Assembly: GCA_964019335.1 (NCBI GenBank)
Contig: OZ025717.1
Span: 310,001-374,000, forward strand
DNA: 64,000 bases
Source of the DNA: Diplonema japonicum
Taxonomy: Eukaryota > Protista > Euglenozoa: Diplonemea
Direction of reading: 5' to 3'
Part shown: positions 10,701 to 21,208 of the stretch, piece after piece
Layout of the letters: the number at the start of each line of letters is the position of its first letter
How positions within the stretch are numbered: position 1 is the stretch's first letter
Program-made: the position numbers and the translations under genes
The notes under the pieces: model-generated
Database searches by the model: none
What the model saw: only the letters and a program-made list of their open reading frames with translations
Told to the model about the DNA's origin: nothing

Positions 10701-13700
10701 AGTCGTACGCGGTGAGGAGCATCTTTTGGTTTTCCTCGGTGTGCGCGATGTTAAAGATGATGTCAAGGCATGAGGCCTGCAATAACGAGTTCTGGTTCCT
10801 CATCTTGATGAAGCCGTCCATCTGGTTCATCAGCACTTCACGTTCCTCGTAGCTGAGGCCAATCTTAGATATCTCTGAATGTGACCCGCTTTCGACCATC
10901 CCATTTTTCAGTCTGGTGTCGACCTTTATCTTTGCGCAGATTTCCATTAAGTCTTTCTCCACATCGGTGCTCAACCCTGCCGCCGACCGCAGTGTCTGCA
11001 CCACACGATCTGTTCCGCCTTCTGAAATGAAGATCTCCCTGCTTACGGGTTCTGTTGTTATGTTCGCAAGGGAACCACTTGCGTCCTTACGTACATTCAG
11101 AGAGTGATTTTCCAAGCAGTCGAAGAACAGCTGCAGCGAATTGAATTTTTGAACGAGCATGGTTACCCCACGTGCTGTCTGAGAGTAGATTTTCAACGTT
11201 GTCAATGCGGCTTGCAGCATCGACAAGTTCCTGCTCGCCACAAATGACCTCACACCCTTTGCCTCCTTCGTCGCCATTGCGCTGGCCTTTGCTGCGATTT
11301 CTACCAACAACGCCGTCAGGTTGTCATGCATTTCATAATCAGCCTCTGCAGGATCGAGCAGCATGTGTCCGATGCAATGCACGGTCATCAGCACAAGCTC
11401 GAAAGACTCCGACGCAAAGAGCGTCTCCAAAGTTTGCATAATACCCGACTCGCGTAATGCAATACGGTTCTCAGGAACCAAGGCCAAGTTGGAAAGAACG
11501 CTCAATGCGTGACGCTGCAGGGCTGCGCTAGGAGACATTGCCATCTCGATGAGCATAGTAGAGGGCACCAAGGTGAGGACCATCTTTGCATTGCTGAGGT
11601 TTTGTGATGCCGCTGCCAAGCACCGCATAGCTTGCAAAGTAAGTGCAAACCTGTCCATTTGCAGCACATAGCATAACTGCCGCACTATTGTGTCTGAAGC
11701 ACCAAGCCCGTTGTTTATGTCCGCCAACCCGCCAAGGTTCCCCAGCACAGACAGCACCTGTATGAGCAGATCGTCGTCTGTTGTGGTCAGATGTCGCACG
11801 ATCTCGTGGTGCCCATCTTGCTCCAAGAACGCTATCTTGTTTGATTCCATTCTGGAGGTCAGAATAGTAATAGCCTTTGTTGTGTTCCTCAAGACCTCCA
11901 TGTCTGTCTCCTTCAGCAGGCTCACCAACGATACCAACGCTCCGTCCTTCGCCATCACCAGCTGGTGGCTGTCGTCATTCAGCTCCGCAAGGTTCCGGAA
12001 AGCCACAGAGCACACCTTCTTAAGCTCCAGACTATCGCACTTTGCGTATCGGATCGCAAGCGGGAGGCCGCCGGAGTTCATCACCTCGTATTTTGCCTCG
12101 TTGCTCTCCAGCAGCCCTAAAGCACGTATTGCATGTATGGCCGTTTCCACTGGGCAGTTGTCTGGTTTTAGCACTTTGATGAGCGCAGCAGGGCCGCCTG
12201 CTTCAACTATGAGCCTTAAATTGTGCGTTGACATTTTACCTATGTTTGCCATTGCGGCACACGCTTCCAGATGCACCATTTCGTGTGTGCTGTGGAGGAG
12301 GAGGTCCACGAGACTTCCCACAGCATCATGCTGCACCACGGCCTTGCACGACTCCGCATGGAGTGCGAGATTTGCCACGACAGCGGTCGCATACAGTTGG
12401 CCCTCTGTGTCGTAGTCTGCACGGAGGACGTGCATCACGTGGCTCACACAGTCGATCTCGCAGATTAGCTGGCACACGTACCCGTATGTGGACAGATGGC
12501 GCAGTCCCTCAGTGCACATGGTCATCGTGACGTATCGGGCGCTGTAAGCCACATCCTCCCCTTCTGCATTGTAGAGGTGCTCGTACGTAGCGATGGCCTC
12601 CTCAGGCTCCTCGGGACCTACTCTGCTGGGGTCGTCCTTTGGAACTGGGTTGTTCGCTTTGCTACACCACTCGTATATAGTTTTCAAAGCTTCGATGGAG
12701 CCCTCTCGAATGAGGTATTCCTTCTCTTCGTCAGTCCCGCTCACGGAGCCTTGGCCACCCGACGAGATCGTTGCGATGACACGTGCGACCTCATGCCACA
12801 CCAGGGGTTCTGCCATCGCCTGCTGCAGTACCGCAAGCACAAGCTTCATCCCGTCGGTTTCGATGAACTCCAGCCGCATGGTCGCATCACGTACGCAGTT
12901 CGCTAAGGACCACAGGCCTTGTATCACGATATCGACTCTGGGCGAGAAGACTAGTGAGTATAGCATGGTAACAGCTGTCTTTGGGTCGATGGAGCTGATC
13001 AGTTGCTCTTGCTGCGAGAAGTTGGAGTACACCGACGCAACGAGCTGCACCACGACAGGGTTGGGTGCCTCTGTCCTAATCGCGTGCGCCAGCCTGAACA
13101 TCACCCCTTGCGGGCCGATGATGTCTCGCACCTCTGATTCCTTGCTCAAATTGGCCAACAAGCGGAGTGCCGAGCATCGTATCTGCCCCCACAATGTGGT
13201 TACGAAGCAGAGTCCAATGATAGGGAGCACCCCTTGTTTGATGATGGCCTGTCTGCCTGAAGGGCGCTCTGACAATGCAGTCAAAGCACGCAAGGATGCA
13301 AGCTGTACTCGAGGTATTGGATAGTTAAGAAGCGATATAAACTCAGGGATCCCACCGGTGCCCTTCTTTTCGGATCTTTCGACTTCGTTTCTGCAAGGGT
13401 CCTCGGTCAGCAGGTTAGCAAGGACGGACACAAGGAGCTCTTGTATGATGGGATCCAGGTTGCAAACATCAAGCAGGATTTCAACAAGGTCTTCAAGCAA
13501 CCGTTTCCCAACTGCCCTCTTGAGCCCTCGGTCGGTTGTTCGTGTCATTGTGTTGCACACTTTAAACCCTGCAACACGTACTTCAAACTGTCTGCTCCCC
13601 AACAACGCAAGGAGCTCGTTGACGTGCTGGCTCTCCGCAAGCACTGCATGGCACGTCCTGCAAAACTCTCTCTCGTGACAGTATCCCTCTACCTTATTCA

Positions 13701-13803
13701 ACGCAGCCGACCTCTGCTTGGGTGTGTTCTGTGGGTTAGTTGCCACGCTCATTAGCATATTGATGCTGCCCACCAGGTTCGTCTTCGTTATAGTGAGCCC
13801 CAT
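7705..13803 (-). CDS. Large armadillo/HEAT-repeat protein (2032 aa)
   Basis: Many ~42-aa ARM units (e.g. GGIPEFISLL..VQLASLRALTALS; AVGSLVDLL..EACAAMANI); uninterrupted ORF. Confidence 0.9.
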   Translation of the reverse strand: MGLTITKTNLVGSINMLMSVATNPQNTPKQRSAALNKVEGYCHEREFCRTCHAVLAESQHVNELLALLGSRQFEVRVAGFKVCNTMTRTTDRGLKRAVGKRLLEDLVEILLDVCNLDPIIQELLVSVLANLLTEDPCRNEVERSEKKGTGGIPEFISLLNYPIPRVQLASLRALTALSERPSGRQAIIKQGVLPIIGLCFVTTLWGQIRCSALRLLANLSKESEVRDIIGPQGVMFRLAHAIRTEAPNPVVVQLVASVYSNFSQQEQLISSIDPKTAVTMLYSLVFSPRVDIVIQGLWSLANCVRDATMRLEFIETDGMKLVLAVLQQAMAEPLVWHEVARVIATISSGGQGSVSGTDEEKEYLIREGSIEALKTIYEWCSKANNPVPKDDPSRVGPEEPEEAIATYEHLYNAEGEDVAYSARYVTMTMCTEGLRHLSTYGYVCQLICEIDCVSHVMHVLRADYDTEGQLYATAVVANLALHAESCKAVVQHDAVGSLVDLLLHSTHEMVHLEACAAMANIGKMSTHNLRLIVEAGGPAALIKVLKPDNCPVETAIHAIRALGLLESNEAKYEVMNSGGLPLAIRYAKCDSLELKKVCSVAFRNLAELNDDSHQLVMAKDGALVSLVSLLKETDMEVLRNTTKAITILTSRMESNKIAFLEQDGHHEIVRHLTTTDDDLLIQVLSVLGNLGGLADINNGLGASDTIVRQLCYVLQMDRFALTLQAMRCLAAASQNLSNAKMVLTLVPSTMLIEMAMSPSAALQRHALSVLSNLALVPENRIALRESGIMQTLETLFASESFELVLMTVHCIGHMLLDPAEADYEMHDNLTALLVEIAAKASAMATKEAKGVRSFVASRNLSMLQAALTTLKIYSQTARGVTMLVQKFNSLQLFFDCLENHSLNVRKDASGSLANITTEPVSREIFISEGGTDRVVQTLRSAAGLSTDVEKDLMEICAKIKVDTRLKNGMVESGSHSEISKIGLSYEEREVLMNQMDGFIKMRNQNSLLQASCLDIIFNIAHTEENQKMLLTAYDWNVFMQPFDVPTVECQTSAAKTCFKMLQCSTALHNFIDLKGVSKLLRALELEDPVAKQLAAHGLGQLSNTDPHAFRRAILDEGGVGMIMGLTGSTHHNMRAQAFSAVAQLCTNKELGEVFVAQNVLQSVQIFSTRCRYEVTTYLSLVQAVGNLTNNEAIRWKVLEKGGASLLFRSLTHPHLSVIKCAASIFTRLLSPEIDVREGLARCKMSPAIVECINMVYDQEVLHDVLRTLAYMSEREAYAEKVGTPALIETLFMLTDDKEREREISERKETSEAKLRSAIAEGRIDPQEEPSIPEVVKPNKGLSDGVAAAALLCAKNLLALPNLMTHVIGSKTILQRIVRSAVEKSALERINLSVAVTQRVLTRSSVHKDLVEEGLLVKLSFLTKVQHTETRLAVAECYKTLSDGLAETFTGSKICKGIRTLLSSTVREVQECCCIILINILKAGLFEIASYSIMSELLLYVEADCEPLQIKALEVVRLLCVVFMKWFESPILKEKELACTQCEPAVPKVMSAYRRSLQRSRLAIHALHTLSSLLACCPNFMCKLIDGIMVLDLKRAATQKVLPSLTPPPRLVHGRAALDVADYVKKGKCFPWDLCDAPVTVQAARALCFMSSAGHTTGMTCMVNVLKTLTVEDMIKTAYNTYTEGGDIRTVVLLMRTAANCVVRGTQKYQLADDKTGLLKLAFLLCSHASPYVVHPAIFTLARAAEEPAGHNRMLAMASFEVLARICKDYLLALKETDTVVNGMIKKLDTGPTLLISEVVIDVCRLMSNLSDGGNAATRSLKEADSLLRDLYLLIPKQLPLDARVHVSAVLCTLDVSPPDSILGISASFADFIDASRDRIDNNRVLKGVIGLCTLCRDPLNHQELVQEGGISALCTALRNPVPTVFKAACWGLCYMSMGGCRDTYDPVSRDKTAKERAKQADVRLSNIVAIHKLILEEGIGPAVKMALGSKQTDCQKVACKLISILLRTPETSKHLVQNGFGRVLTTYYCPSF

Positions 13804-14086
13804 CCTCCCTGACTATGTGCTCAAGCATTAGCAATTTAAAGAGAAATAAAATGGAAGGTACGGATTGGTGATTTACAATGTGGAGATAACCCGGGTGCAG
13901 AAACACCTTTTGGTCCCTTTTTTTTTCTTCTTGTTCTTCTTTTTTTTTTTTTTTTAAATTTCCTCGAAAAAAGTTCGTTCTCCACATGTAATCTTTATGT
14001 AAATAAAGGACTGCATTGGGTTCCGCTAAAGAAAGGGACAACTATTTTTCTTCTTCTTTTTTTTTTTCTTCTTTTTCTGTTCACGT

Positions 14087-15691
14087 TCACCAGCTGATTG
14101 CTGCTGGAGAATGCCTGATTGAGAGAACCCTTTCCATGTCGGTGGGCCCCACACGGCCACCGGCCACTGAGGCAAGATAGGTGTAATCTTCTTCAGTGAG
14201 GTTGGCTCCGACACGGAGGAGCAAGTGTTTTGTGACACCGGAGCGGTCAACCTCGATTGGCTGTAGTGAAGAGAAAAAAAGAAATTGGTTTATTCTGCTT
14301 TTTTTATTCTTATCACACCTTCCCTTCACCTGGGGTCAGGTCCCGTGCTATGTTTAAGAAGATAGCTTTCGAGACGATGGGTTTGCCGCAAAACTTGAGG
14401 ATGACATCATTGCGTCTGACACCTGCCTTTCCTGCAGGGGAGCTTGCCTTCACCGTCACTACCTTTACAACCACTGTGCCATATGGGTCAGCGAAGTCGG
14501 CGATGGCCATCCCCAACCCCCCGCGACACCCTTCAAGTAACTCCTTTGCTTTCGTTATAATCCCGCTCACATTCTCTTCGGTGGCAGGGGGTGTTTCAAC
14601 CACCGACGCTTCCTCCTGCGGTGGTGCAACTGGATTATTATCATTGTCCAGGAACACTGCCCGCCGCATGGCCGGCGTCTCGCCCTTATTGTCTGTGGCG
14701 TCTACCTTTGCAGGCATTGCAGGCAGCTCATCGTCCTCGACAAGTCGCTTTTCCTGCGACTCGTTCAAAGGCACGATATCCGTCCCCCTCAAGAATTCGG
14801 AGAGCGGGGTCAGAACGGGCTCCGAAACGAGCGCTTTTCCAGAGTTCTTCTGTTGACTTCGATTCAACGGTTGTGCTTGGTTCACCTTGTCCGTCTGGGT
14901 GAGGGTGAGGGTGAGGGTGGGGTACATACCTTTCCGCACTTCTTGCATCTCCCATCCTCCAGCACGCACGGTTTAGGTGTCTCGCCGGGCTTCATAACAG
15001 GGCACGGTGTGTTGAAGCCACCACAGACTCTGCATTGCCCGCTGGAGTACTCGCATGGTTGGGCAAGGATGTTCCCTGTGTTATCTTTAGGGGATGCAGG
15101 GCAGAATGTTCCCGCGATGCGACCGTTCTGGAAAAGCCCAGCGTACTTCACGGAGCCAGTGGGGGTGGACCAGGTGAGGGTTCCTTGCCCGTGGATGAGG
15201 TCGTCCGACCACTGCCCGATGTAGATGTCGCTGGAAGGGAAGTCAAAGCGGCCTTTGCCTTGTTTTTTGTCGAGGACCCAGTAGCCTTCATAGACACCAC
15301 CTGTGGCGTAGCGATACCTGCCGTAGCCGTCGCGCTTGTTGCCGCGAAAGGAGCCCTGGTACTCTTCGCCAGTGTCGCCGCCATAGAGCATCTTCCCCTT
15401 CCCTGTTCTCTGGCCGTCGACCCAGTCACCGGTGTACACATCACCGTTTAGCAGCTTGTAGGTCCCGTTGCCGTGTCGGATCGCCATCTTGAACTCCCCG
15501 TCGTACTGGCATCCATTGGCATATGTGTACACCCCTCGTCCGTGGATTTTCCCCTCAAACCACGACCCTTGGTACACATCGCCGTTGGCATACACCTGCG
15601 TTCCTCGTCCATGCTGCCTCCCATCTTTCGTCTCACCCACATACCCGCAACGCAGCTGCGGTACTTTCTGAGGGTTCACAGCACCCAACAT
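14087..15691 (-). CDS. MORN-repeat + Cys-knuckle + PDZ protein, 3 exons: 15691-14930, 14894-14319, 14260-14087
   Basis: YxGxWxxGxxHGxG MORN repeats; CRVCG and CKKCG knuckles; PDZ GGLGMAI...SPAGKAGVRRNDVILKFCGKPI; phase-0 introns 14895-14929 and 14261-14318. Confidence 0.85.
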
Positions 15692-16218
15692 GCGCTACTC
15701 CCGTGGTATCATTACTTCAGTAGGAGCGAGCTGAGTGGCCTGCAATAAATGTGAACAGTTAAAATGGAAAATAAGGCGGAAATTATATGTATAAAAAAAA
15801 GAAAAAAAGGGGGAGGGCGGAAAAGTACTTTTTTTTCTTCGGAAAATGGCCAATTTCTTTTTCTTTTTTTTCAAACGAAAAAAAAAAAAGGTGAAGGATA
15901 TTTCAATAGCAAAGAAAAGGTATGCCGAAAGATATGAGCGGAAGAAACAAGAATAGACACACCTTCCATCACCCTCTTGTTCCTCCTCCTTGACAGTTTT
16001 CTTTAAAAGTCGAGCGTTGTCTGACCCATTGAAGAAAAAGAAGGAGGGAAAAGCAAAGAAGAAGATGGAGACAGACCCTCCGACTTACAGGGTGGTGGTC
16101 AAGGAAAAAGGCAACCATAAGCTTTTCCTCATCGAATGTTTTCTTTAAATGTCGAACGTTGTCTGACCCATTGATTTAAAGAAAAAAAGGAAGGGAAGAA
16201 GAAGATGGAGCCAAACCC

Positions 16219-16779
16219 TCAGTCCATCCGATTGACAGGGTGGTGGTTAAGGGAAAAGGCAACCACAAGCTTCCCCAGGAACAACACAGAAAGGGTTTCA
16301 AACCACTTCGGAAGCCCCAAGGCAGGGAAGGCGACAAGCCCTGTGAAGAAGGAGGTACCCGCGATCACTGGGTGCAGGGAGGACCCTCTGAGGGCGTTCA
16401 CAAGCAGCGAGGAGCCGATGGTGTACGCTGACACAAAGGCGGTGGCTTTGAGGGAGATGTTCATCAGGGCGGCCACAATGAGGAGGTGGAAGTGCACCAA
16501 GTAGAAGTGCACCCTCGCAGAATACTTCTCTGCCTCAGGGCCGATGAAGTAGCGGTCGTTCGTGCCCTTCGTAAAGTTCCCGATGGCCCCCGCAAGGATG
16601 TCCCCAATCACCATCAGGGCCGCGTTGCACTTCCACCCCCCTGCCTGCAGAGACGGGACATCCGACCTCAGGTACCACGTCCCGAGAGTCGTGAAGCCCA
16701 CCACCATCGCAAGGTCGGACACAGACTGGCGCTCGCCCAAGAACTCCTGCAAGAAAAACGGAATGCTGACAAGTGTCAT
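16219..16779 (-). CDS. Small multi-pass membrane protein, copy 1 (186 aa)
   Basis: ATG after an A-run; several hydrophobic helices; DILAGAIGNFTKGTN and HFH motifs; near-identical copy at 20648. Confidence 0.85.
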   Translation of the reverse strand: MTLVSIPFFLQEFLGERQSVSDLAMVVGFTTLGTWYLRSDVPSLQAGGWKCNAALMVIGDILAGAIGNFTKGTNDRYFIGPEAEKYSARVHFYLVHFHLLIVAALMNISLKATAFVSAYTIGSSLLVNALRGSSLHPVIAGTSFFTGLVAFPALGLPKWFETLSVLFLGKLVVAFSLNHHPVNRMD

Positions 16780-17277
16780 TTTTTTTTTTTTTTTTTTTCG
16801 TAATGAAGTGTAAAAGAAGAACCTTGTGTGAGGGTAAATATTCCGAGAGACTGCTGTTTCATGAACAATAAGAAGAAGAAACAAAATAAAGAATTCGGAA
16901 CAAGCCCAAAAGATAAATTGTATATTTTTTCAGGATTTGCGCTCACCAACTCAGTTTTACAGTCCTCACAAATTCAAAATGGCAAAAGGTAAAGGAAACA
17001 AGTACGGGGAGGGGAGGGGAGGGGGTTGCTAAAGATCTCTTCATCTATTGGGGACCAAAATCTAACTGACACTTCCACCTCCCACCTTTTCCTTCCCCTT
17101 CCTCTTTTATCGGTCCTCTTGAAACAAACAATAAACCTCCCCACTAGAAAACAAGCAATTGTTTCCCACAGTTAGGTGTGTGGGGGCTCAATCTTTCACA
17201 ACCTTTTATTAATAATAAATAATTATTTTTTCATTATAGCTCACTTAGAGGTGAGGAGGACTCCCCCTCTGTGTAGC

Positions 17278-17718
17278 TCAGTTCCTAACGAGTTCAACAC
17301 CACCGAAGATGGTCATCATGAGCCCAGCAACGAAAGAGAAGGCCCTGTAGGGCTGGACACCAAGGAGGTAGGAGAAGGCTTGAATGTAACGGGCAACAAC
17401 GAAGGCCCAGATGATCTTGATGTGCTGCTCGGTGGGGGTTTTCGTGAGACCGATCATCAGGTAGATCGCAAAGAAGATGGACTCGTTCTCGAGGGAGTTG
17501 GACACCACACCATGGAGACGGGGGATGCTGATGGAGGGCCCAAAGGCACCAAGGAGGTATGTGAAGCATGTCCCGATCACAGGGTGGATCTGGGTGTCCT
17601 CATTTGTCTTGAAGGAGTTCTCGATGAACCTCGTCCTCACAGTCAGAAGGTGTGTCACGCACATCTTCAGCCCGAGGAGCCCCGTCGCCTTGCCAAGGGT
17701 GTTCATGTAGTCCGACAT
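17278..17718 (-). CDS. MAPEG-family protein (microsomal GST / PGE-synthase-like), copy 1
   Basis: 146 aa, 4 TM; NSLENESIF, FVVARYIQAFSY, QPYRA align to MAPEG motifs. Confidence 0.8.
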   Translation of the reverse strand: MSDYMNTLGKATGLLGLKMCVTHLLTVRTRFIENSFKTNEDTQIHPVIGTCFTYLLGAFGPSISIPRLHGVVSNSLENESIFFAIYLMIGLTKTPTEQHIKIIWAFVVARYIQAFSYLLGVQPYRAFSFVAGLMMTIFGGVELVRN

Positions 17719-18220
17719 TTTCTTTTAATTAGTTAGTAAAGAAGGAACTGTGTGCTGTGGGGATAAATATGTCCAAGGGGCAAATACAAAGAAGAATAAA
17801 TTTTTTTTTTTAAAAGGACATACCCAAAAGATAGAGGTTTTGGGATTTAGCACCAGCTATGTTTTTGTAAACCCTACAAAAATTCGGAATGGGAAAGGAT
17901 AAAAGGAAAACGAGGAGGAGGGTTTGGTAAAGGTTCCTTCATCTGGGGACCTTACCCACACCTCCGTTCCCCTCCCCTGTTTTCCTCCCTTCCCAATATA
18001 TATATATATATATATATATAAAGCACCTCCCACACGGGAATCTAACCCACGCCTTTGCTTCTCCCGTTTATTTTTTGTTTTTTTTATCGGGTCCCCTTGT
18101 AACAAATAAAAAATTTTTTCTTCTTTTATCGGGGACCCTAAAAACAAGTAAGAATAACCCCCATTTGAAAAAAACTAGTTTTAACACTTAGAGGTGAGGA
18201 GGACTCCCCCTCTGTGTAGC

Positions 18221-18661
18221 TCAGTTCCTAACGAGTTCAACACCACCGAAGATGGTCATCATGAGCCCAGCAACGAAGGAGAAGGCCCTGTAGGGCTGGA
18301 CACCAAGGAGGTAGGAGAAGGCTTGAATGTAACGAGCAACAACGAAGGCCCAGATGATCTTGATGTGCTGCTCGGTGGGGGTTTTCGTGAGACCGATCAT
18401 CAGGTAGATCGCAAAGAAGATGGACTCGTTCTCGAGAGAGTTGGACACCACACCGTGGAGACGGGGGATGCTGATGGAGGGCCCAAAGGCACCAAGGAGG
18501 TATGTGAAGCATGTCCCGATCACAGGGTGGATCTGGGTGTCCTCATTTGTCTTGAAGGAGTTCTCGATGAACCTCGTCCTCACAGTCAGAAGGTGTGTCA
18601 CGCACATCTTCAGCCCGAGGAGCCCCGTCGCCTTGCCAAGGGTGTTCATGTAGTCCGACAT
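18221..18661 (-). CDS. MAPEG-family protein, copy 2
   Basis: Protein identical to copy 1. Confidence 0.8.
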   Translation of the reverse strand: MSDYMNTLGKATGLLGLKMCVTHLLTVRTRFIENSFKTNEDTQIHPVIGTCFTYLLGAFGPSISIPRLHGVVSNSLENESIFFAIYLMIGLTKTPTEQHIKIIWAFVVARYIQAFSYLLGVQPYRAFSFVAGLMMTIFGGVELVRN

Positions 18662-19129
18662 TTTCTTTTAATTAGTTAGTAAAGAAGGAACTGTGTGCTG
18701 TGGGGAGAAAAAAATAGACAGCCTACTTTATGAAAAACAAAGAAGAATAAGGACAAACCCAAAAGATAGAGGTTTCGGGATTTGCGAGTGCTCACCGGCT
18801 CAGTTTTTGTAAACCCTACAAAGAATTCGGAATGGGAAAGGACAAAAGGAAAACAAGAAGGGGAAGGGGTTTTGTTAAGGTTCCTTCATCTATTGGGGAC
18901 CTTACCCACACCTCCGCTCCCCCCCTGTTTTCCTCCCTTCCCAATATATAAAAAAAGAAAGCACCTCCCACACGGGAATCTAACCCATGCCTTCGCTTCT
19001 CAGCAGCTAACAAATAAAAAAATTGTTTCTTCTTTTTATCGGGGGCCCTAAAAACAAGTAAGAATAACCCCCATTTGAAAAAACTATTTCCAACACTTAG
19101 AGGTGAGGAGGACTCCCCCTCTGTGTAGC

Positions 19130-19570
19130 TCAGTTCCTAACGAGTTCAACACCACCGAAGATGGTCATCATGAGCCCAGCAACGAAAGAGAAGGCCCTGT
19201 AGGGCTGGACACCAAGGAGGTAGGAGAAGGCTTGAATGTAACGGGCAACAACGAAGGCCCAGATGATCTTGATGTGCTGCTCGGTGGGGGTTTTCGTGAG
19301 ACCGATCATCAGGTAGATCGCAAAGAAGATGGACTCGTTCTCGAGAGAGTTGGACACTACACCGTGGAGACGGGGGATGCTGATGGAGGGCCCAAAGGCA
19401 CCAAGGAGGTATGTGAAGCATGTCCCGATCACAGGGTGGATCTGGGTGTCCTCATTTGTCTTGAAGGAGTTCTCGATGAACCTCGTCCTCACAGTCAGAA
19501 GGTGTGTCACGCACATCTTCAGCCCGAGGAGCCCCGTCGCCTTGCCAAGGGTGTTCATGTAGTCCGACAT
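19130..19570 (-). CDS. MAPEG-family protein, copy 3
   Basis: Protein identical to copy 1; true ATG at 19570. Confidence 0.8.
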   Translation of the reverse strand: MSDYMNTLGKATGLLGLKMCVTHLLTVRTRFIENSFKTNEDTQIHPVIGTCFTYLLGAFGPSISIPRLHGVVSNSLENESIFFAIYLMIGLTKTPTEQHIKIIWAFVVARYIQAFSYLLGVQPYRAFSFVAGLMMTIFGGVELVRN

Positions 19571-19708
19571 TTTTCTTTCTTTTTTTCTTTTTTTTTTTCC
19601 TTTGTTAAAATTCAGTGTGAATACATTATGTTTTTTAATCTGTGGGGGGGGGGGGAGAAAATTCGATGAAACTCCAGTGTGCAGGGGAGAGTAAAACAAA
19701 ACTGCTCC

Positions 19709-19746
<38 letters not shown>

Positions 19747-20647
19747 ATCAGTTTTCTTTAACGGCCGAACGTTGCCTGGCCCACGGAGAAGAACAAGAAC
19801 GAAAGCTATCGTGTTATTTTAAAAAGGTTTTTTTCCCCTGGCTCAAAAGTATCCCCTTTATTTTGGCCGTTATCAGGCTGACAGGAAGAAAAAAAGAAGA
19901 AAACACAACGGAAGAATGAAAAAAAACTAGGTTGTGCGCACAAGGGGAACCTTGCCTAATATCTAAACGGTAACCTCAGCACGCTGCCATCACACTAGTC
20001 TTTAGCCTCGACTGTACTGTTTGTTAAAACAAAAACAAACAAAAAAATAACGTTTTCTGAGGATTGGTAGTTTCTCAAACAAAAAAGAAGGAAAAAAAAT
20101 TAAAAAGGAGACCCCCAATCCGCCCGCCTGACAGGGTGGTGGTCAAGGGAACAGGCTCTTTCCCCCTCGAATATTTTCTTTAAGAATCGAACGCCGTCTG
20201 ACCAGTTGGTTTAAAAGAAGAAATAAGCAAGGAATGGTCAAGGGGAAAGGTGGTTGCATCCAAATCACAATTTCAGTAGGAGCGAGCTGGGTGGCCAGTA
20301 AAAGTTTTTTTTTTTCCTCTTTTTTTTTTTCTTTCCTGTCTCCCATGCAATACATTGGGGGGAAAATAAAAACATAATAAGTCGAAAAGATATATTGTTA
20401 TAAAATAAAAGGAGGGGAAAAAGGCACTTTTTCCAAAGAATGGCCAATTTCTTTTTTTTCAAACGAAAAAAGAAGGAAGGAAGAAAAAAAAAAGAGCAAA
20501 TAAAAGATATGCAAGATGTGCACATGGAACGGAGGAAACAAGAAGACGCTCTCCTCTTTCTTTGACAGTTTTCTTTAAAGGTCGAGCGTTGTCTGACCCA
20601 TTGAAGAAAAAGAAGGAGGGAAAAGCAAAGAAGATGGAGCCAAACCC

Positions 20648-21208
20648 TCAGTCCATCCGACTGACAGGGTGGTGGTTAAGGGAAAAGGCAACCACAAGCT
20701 TCCCCAGGAACAACACAGAAAGGGTTTCAAACCACTTCGGAAGCCCCAAGGCAGGGAAGGCGACAAGCCCTGTGAAGAAGGAGGTACCCGCGATCACTGG
20801 GTGCAGGGAGGACCCTCTGAGGGCGTTCACAAGCAGCGAGGAGCCGATGGTGTACGCTGACACAAAGGCGGTGGCTTTGAGGGAGATGTTCATCAGGGCG
20901 GCCACAATGAGGAGGTGGAAGTGCACCAAGTAGAAGTGCACCCTCGCAGAATACTTCTCTGCCTCAGGGCCGATGAAGTAGCGGTCGTTCGTGCCCTTCG
21001 TAAAGTTCCCGATGGCCCCCGCAAGGATGTCCCCAATCACCATCAGGGCCGCGTTGCACTTCCACCCCCCTGCCTGCAGAGACGGGACATCCGACCTCAG
21101 GTACCACGTCCCGAGAGTCGTGAAGCCCACCACCATCGCAAGGTCGGACACAGACTGGCGCTCGCCCAAGAACTCCTGCAAGAAAAACGGAATGCTGACA
21201 AGTGTCAT
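20648..21208 (-). CDS. Small multi-pass membrane protein, copy 2
   Basis: Differs from copy 1 by one residue near the C-terminus (N/S). Confidence 0.85.
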   Translation of the reverse strand: MTLVSIPFFLQEFLGERQSVSDLAMVVGFTTLGTWYLRSDVPSLQAGGWKCNAALMVIGDILAGAIGNFTKGTNDRYFIGPEAEKYSARVHFYLVHFHLLIVAALMNISLKATAFVSAYTIGSSLLVNALRGSSLHPVIAGTSFFTGLVAFPALGLPKWFETLSVLFLGKLVVAFSLNHHPVSRMD

